This document shows positions 61,780 to 64,000 of a stretch of DNA of 64,000 bases, in pieces. The stretch lies in NCBI GenBank assembly GCA_030753015.1, contig JASMDC010000002.1, forward strand, positions 64,001-128,000, read 5' to 3'. The first letter of the stretch is position 1. The number at the start of each line of letters is the position of its first letter. The position numbers and the translations under genes were made by a program. The DNA comes from Candidatus Undinarchaeales archaeon (GTDB lineage: Archaea; SpSt-1190; JASMDC01). A model generated the notes under the pieces. That model was not told the origin of the DNA. It searched no databases and was given only the letters and a program-made list of their open reading frames with translations.

Positions 61780-63039
61780 GTGAAAGACATGGAGAACCTG
61801 AACCCCTATCATATAGCACAGATGCAGTTCGACCAAGCTGCGGACAAACTTGGCCTGAACAGCTGGATGCGGGATTTCCTCAAGACCCCTGACAGGAACG
61901 TGTCGGTCGACTTCCCGGTCAAGATGGACGACGGGAGCATCAAGATCTTCGCCGGATATCGGGTCCAACACAACAATACACGAGGGCCGTACAAGGGTGG
62001 CCTGAGGTTCAGTCCAGAGGTCAACCTCGACGAGGTGAGGGCGCTGGCCTCCTGGATGACGTGGAAGACCGCTGTCGTGAACGTCCCGTTCGGCGGGGCG
62101 AAGGGTGGCGTCGTGTGCGACCCACGCAAGTTGTCCACGTGCGAGCTCGAGAGGATCACGCGGAGGTTCACCTACGAAATCAGGAACGTCATCGGTCCCG
62201 ACGTCGACATCCCGGCCCCGGACGTCAACACGAACGCACAGGTGATGACCTGGATCGTCGACACCTACAGCATGTGGAACGGCCATAGCGAGTTCCGGGT
62301 CGTTACCGGGAAACCCACCTTCCTCGGAGGGAGCTACGGGAGGGCGGAGGCGACGGGAAGAGGTGTCATGGTCGCCGCTATGAAGGCCGTGAAGGACGCG
62401 GGCCTCGAACCCCAGGACCTGACCGCTGTGATCCAGGGCTTCGGGAACGTCGGCAGCCATACGGCAAGGTTGCTGGCCGAGCAGGGAGTCAAGATCATTG
62501 GAATAAGCGACATCTCCACGGCCATACACAATCCCGATGGGATCGATGTTCAGGACGTGGAGGCCTATCTCAAGAAGAACAAGGTCCTCGAGGGATACGA
62601 CAAGGCACAGCATATCCGCCCTAAGGAGAAGGTCCTCGAACTGAAGACGGACATCCTCGTACCCGCGGCCCTTGAGAACCAGATCACCAGCGCCAATGCG
62701 GGGAACGTCGATTGCAGGTTCATCGTGGAGGGCGCGAACGGCCCCACCACGCCCGATGCTGACAGGATTCTCAAAAAGAAAGGGATCCTTGTCATCCCGG
62801 ACATCCTGGCCAACGCGGGCGGGGTCACGGCCAGCTACTATGAATGGGTCCAGAACGTGCAGCGGGAGCAGTGGCCATACGAGAAGGTCGTCACCAAGCT
62901 AGAGAAAAAGCTCGTCCAGGCCTACAACGATGTCAGGGACCTGGCAGAAAGAGAGGACGTGGACATGCGGATCGCCGCTTACATGATCGCCATCGGGAGG
63001 GTGGCGAAGGCAACAGAAGCCCGGGGGGTGTTTCCCTAG
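61780..63039 (+). CDS. gdhA: Glutamate dehydrogenase (Glu/Leu/Phe/Val family)
   Basis: GPYKGGLRF, GGAKGG, DIPAPD, ATGRG, QGFGNVG, EGANGP and PDILANAGGV. Confidence 0.95.
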   Translation: MKDMENLNPYHIAQMQFDQAADKLGLNSWMRDFLKTPDRNVSVDFPVKMDDGSIKIFAGYRVQHNNTRGPYKGGLRFSPEVNLDEVRALASWMTWKTAVVNVPFGGAKGGVVCDPRKLSTCELERITRRFTYEIRNVIGPDVDIPAPDVNTNAQVMTWIVDTYSMWNGHSEFRVVTGKPTFLGGSYGRAEATGRGVMVAAMKAVKDAGLEPQDLTAVIQGFGNVGSHTARLLAEQGVKIIGISDISTAIHNPDGIDVQDVEAYLKKNKVLEGYDKAQHIRPKEKVLELKTDILVPAALENQITSANAGNVDCRFIVEGANGPTTPDADRILKKKGILVIPDILANAGGVTASYYEWVQNVQREQWPYEKVVTKLEKKLVQAYNDVRDLAEREDVDMRIAAYMIAIGRVAKATEARGVFP

Positions 63040-63888
63040 ATGGCCTTGCTCGTCGCGACCCGGGAGGGGGACCGTATCCTTGTCGTACGGAAGGGCCACC
63101 ACCCCTCCTTACAGGTCTATAGACTGATAGGAAGGGAAGAGCACGGTTTCCGCTTCTATGGAGCGTTCCACCGGTTCGAGCTGGCCCTGGACAAAGACAT
63201 GCCATTATCGGCTCAACCCTACGGTCATCTTGGCTCGTGTTCGGACCTATCGGGAAGGGCGATGACCGCCATCGGCAAGGATAGAAGGCCCGTCCTCTCA
63301 ACCACGGCAGTGCGGATGACCATGCTGGAACGTCCGCTCTATTCGTTCATTGGCGAATATCATCGTGACTCCCTCGATGAGATCCTTGAATGGTACCCTC
63401 CGGGAGAAGAGGACATGCCGTACGCATCCATCTCGACATCAGCCCTTGCCGCGGGCGATTCCGGGGATGATGTCTATCTGAACACCCTGTTCCTCATGAC
63501 CGGCGGATACGGCCTGCTGACGAAGATATCTGCCGTGGCCGGCAGGGACATCGAGGACTGCTGCAGTCCCGAGTTCCACTTCGAGACACACAAGGTGAGA
63601 TTGGAGACAAATCCTCTGAGAAGGATCCAGGAGAACGATGTCGTTGCAGGCGCGGTCCTGGTTGGATTGGGAGTTGCCTCCAATCCAGAAATAATCACGC
63701 CCCTTGAGCTAGAATCAGGTGACGATCCACACGAGGTGGACAGGCTGCTGGATGAGCTGTTCCTGACGCTGACCCAGGGGCGCCAGCTCGTGCCACGACA
63801 GGATTCCAGGGTTACTGGTCGGCCGAGCTCGCCCGTCTGTACCACCGCGGCGCTCTCGGGCCTGCTGAGCACGGTCATCACGAAATGA
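63040..63888 (+). CDS. Hypothetical protein downstream of gdhA
   Basis: ATG directly abuts the gdhA stop; 282-aa open frame. Confidence 0.6.
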   Translation: MALLVATREGDRILVVRKGHHPSLQVYRLIGREEHGFRFYGAFHRFELALDKDMPLSAQPYGHLGSCSDLSGRAMTAIGKDRRPVLSTTAVRMTMLERPLYSFIGEYHRDSLDEILEWYPPGEEDMPYASISTSALAAGDSGDDVYLNTLFLMTGGYGLLTKISAVAGRDIEDCCSPEFHFETHKVRLETNPLRRIQENDVVAGAVLVGLGVASNPEIITPLELESGDDPHEVDRLLDELFLTLTQGRQLVPRQDSRVTGRPSSPVCTTAALSGLLSTVITK

Positions 63889-63895
63889 GAAGGAG

Positions 63896-64000
63896 ATGAA
63901 CACGATGAAGATCTGCATAACCTCATACGGTAGACACATGGAAGATATAGTGGACCCCTGCTTCGGAGACAACTCCATCTTCCTCATCGTGGACACAGAG
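63896..64000 (+). CDS. NifB/NifX-family (FeMo-cofactor-binding-like) protein, 3'-truncated
   Basis: Not in the ORF track; AGGAG RBS; MNTMKICITSYG...VDPCFG....FLIVDTE. Confidence 0.7.
   Translation, partial: MNTMKICITSYGRHMEDIVDPCFGDNSIFLIVDTE

Overview
GC-rich archaeal chromosome segment; the lineage cannot be fixed from sequence alone, although SRP54 looks DPANN-like. Positions 1-23 kb are core information-processing operons, mostly on the minus strand: nep1-rpp21/yhbY-rps19e-PDCD5-PP-loop-rpl39e-rpl31e-eif6-rpl18a-pfdA-ftsY-srp54, and rpl7ae-rps28e-rpl24e-infB-rps6e-eif2g-PIN-ppa-rpoE1-spt4-rps24e-rps27ae. This part also holds thrS, kae1, a solitary 5S rRNA and a K-turn sRNA candidate. Positions 23.3-37 kb are the most striking part: three giant paralogous single-pass surface proteins (1665, 1677 and 1204 aa). 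Two of them carry an integrin-beta-like head (Cys cap, Ig-like segment, and a vWA domain with DxTxSMxDDL plus an 11-Cys insert), and all three have Q/G/Y-rich cytoplasmic tails. Positions 37-64 kb are an accessory/metabolic mosaic: add, an sxtJ/carbamoyltransferase/sxtK-like triad, glmU, orphan fwdA-fwdC, fused guaA, hydrolases, a membrane protein with a possible adaptin-ear-like domain, GT-C, a DEAD-box helicase, a duplicated Lrp-like regulator and gdhA. Other oddities are a catalytically eroded PPase, a probable ATC start codon, an Rpp21-YhbY fusion and repeat tails on L31e and S24e. No tRNA, CRISPR array or intact mobile element was seen. All family calls come from recognising motifs by eye; no database searches were run.
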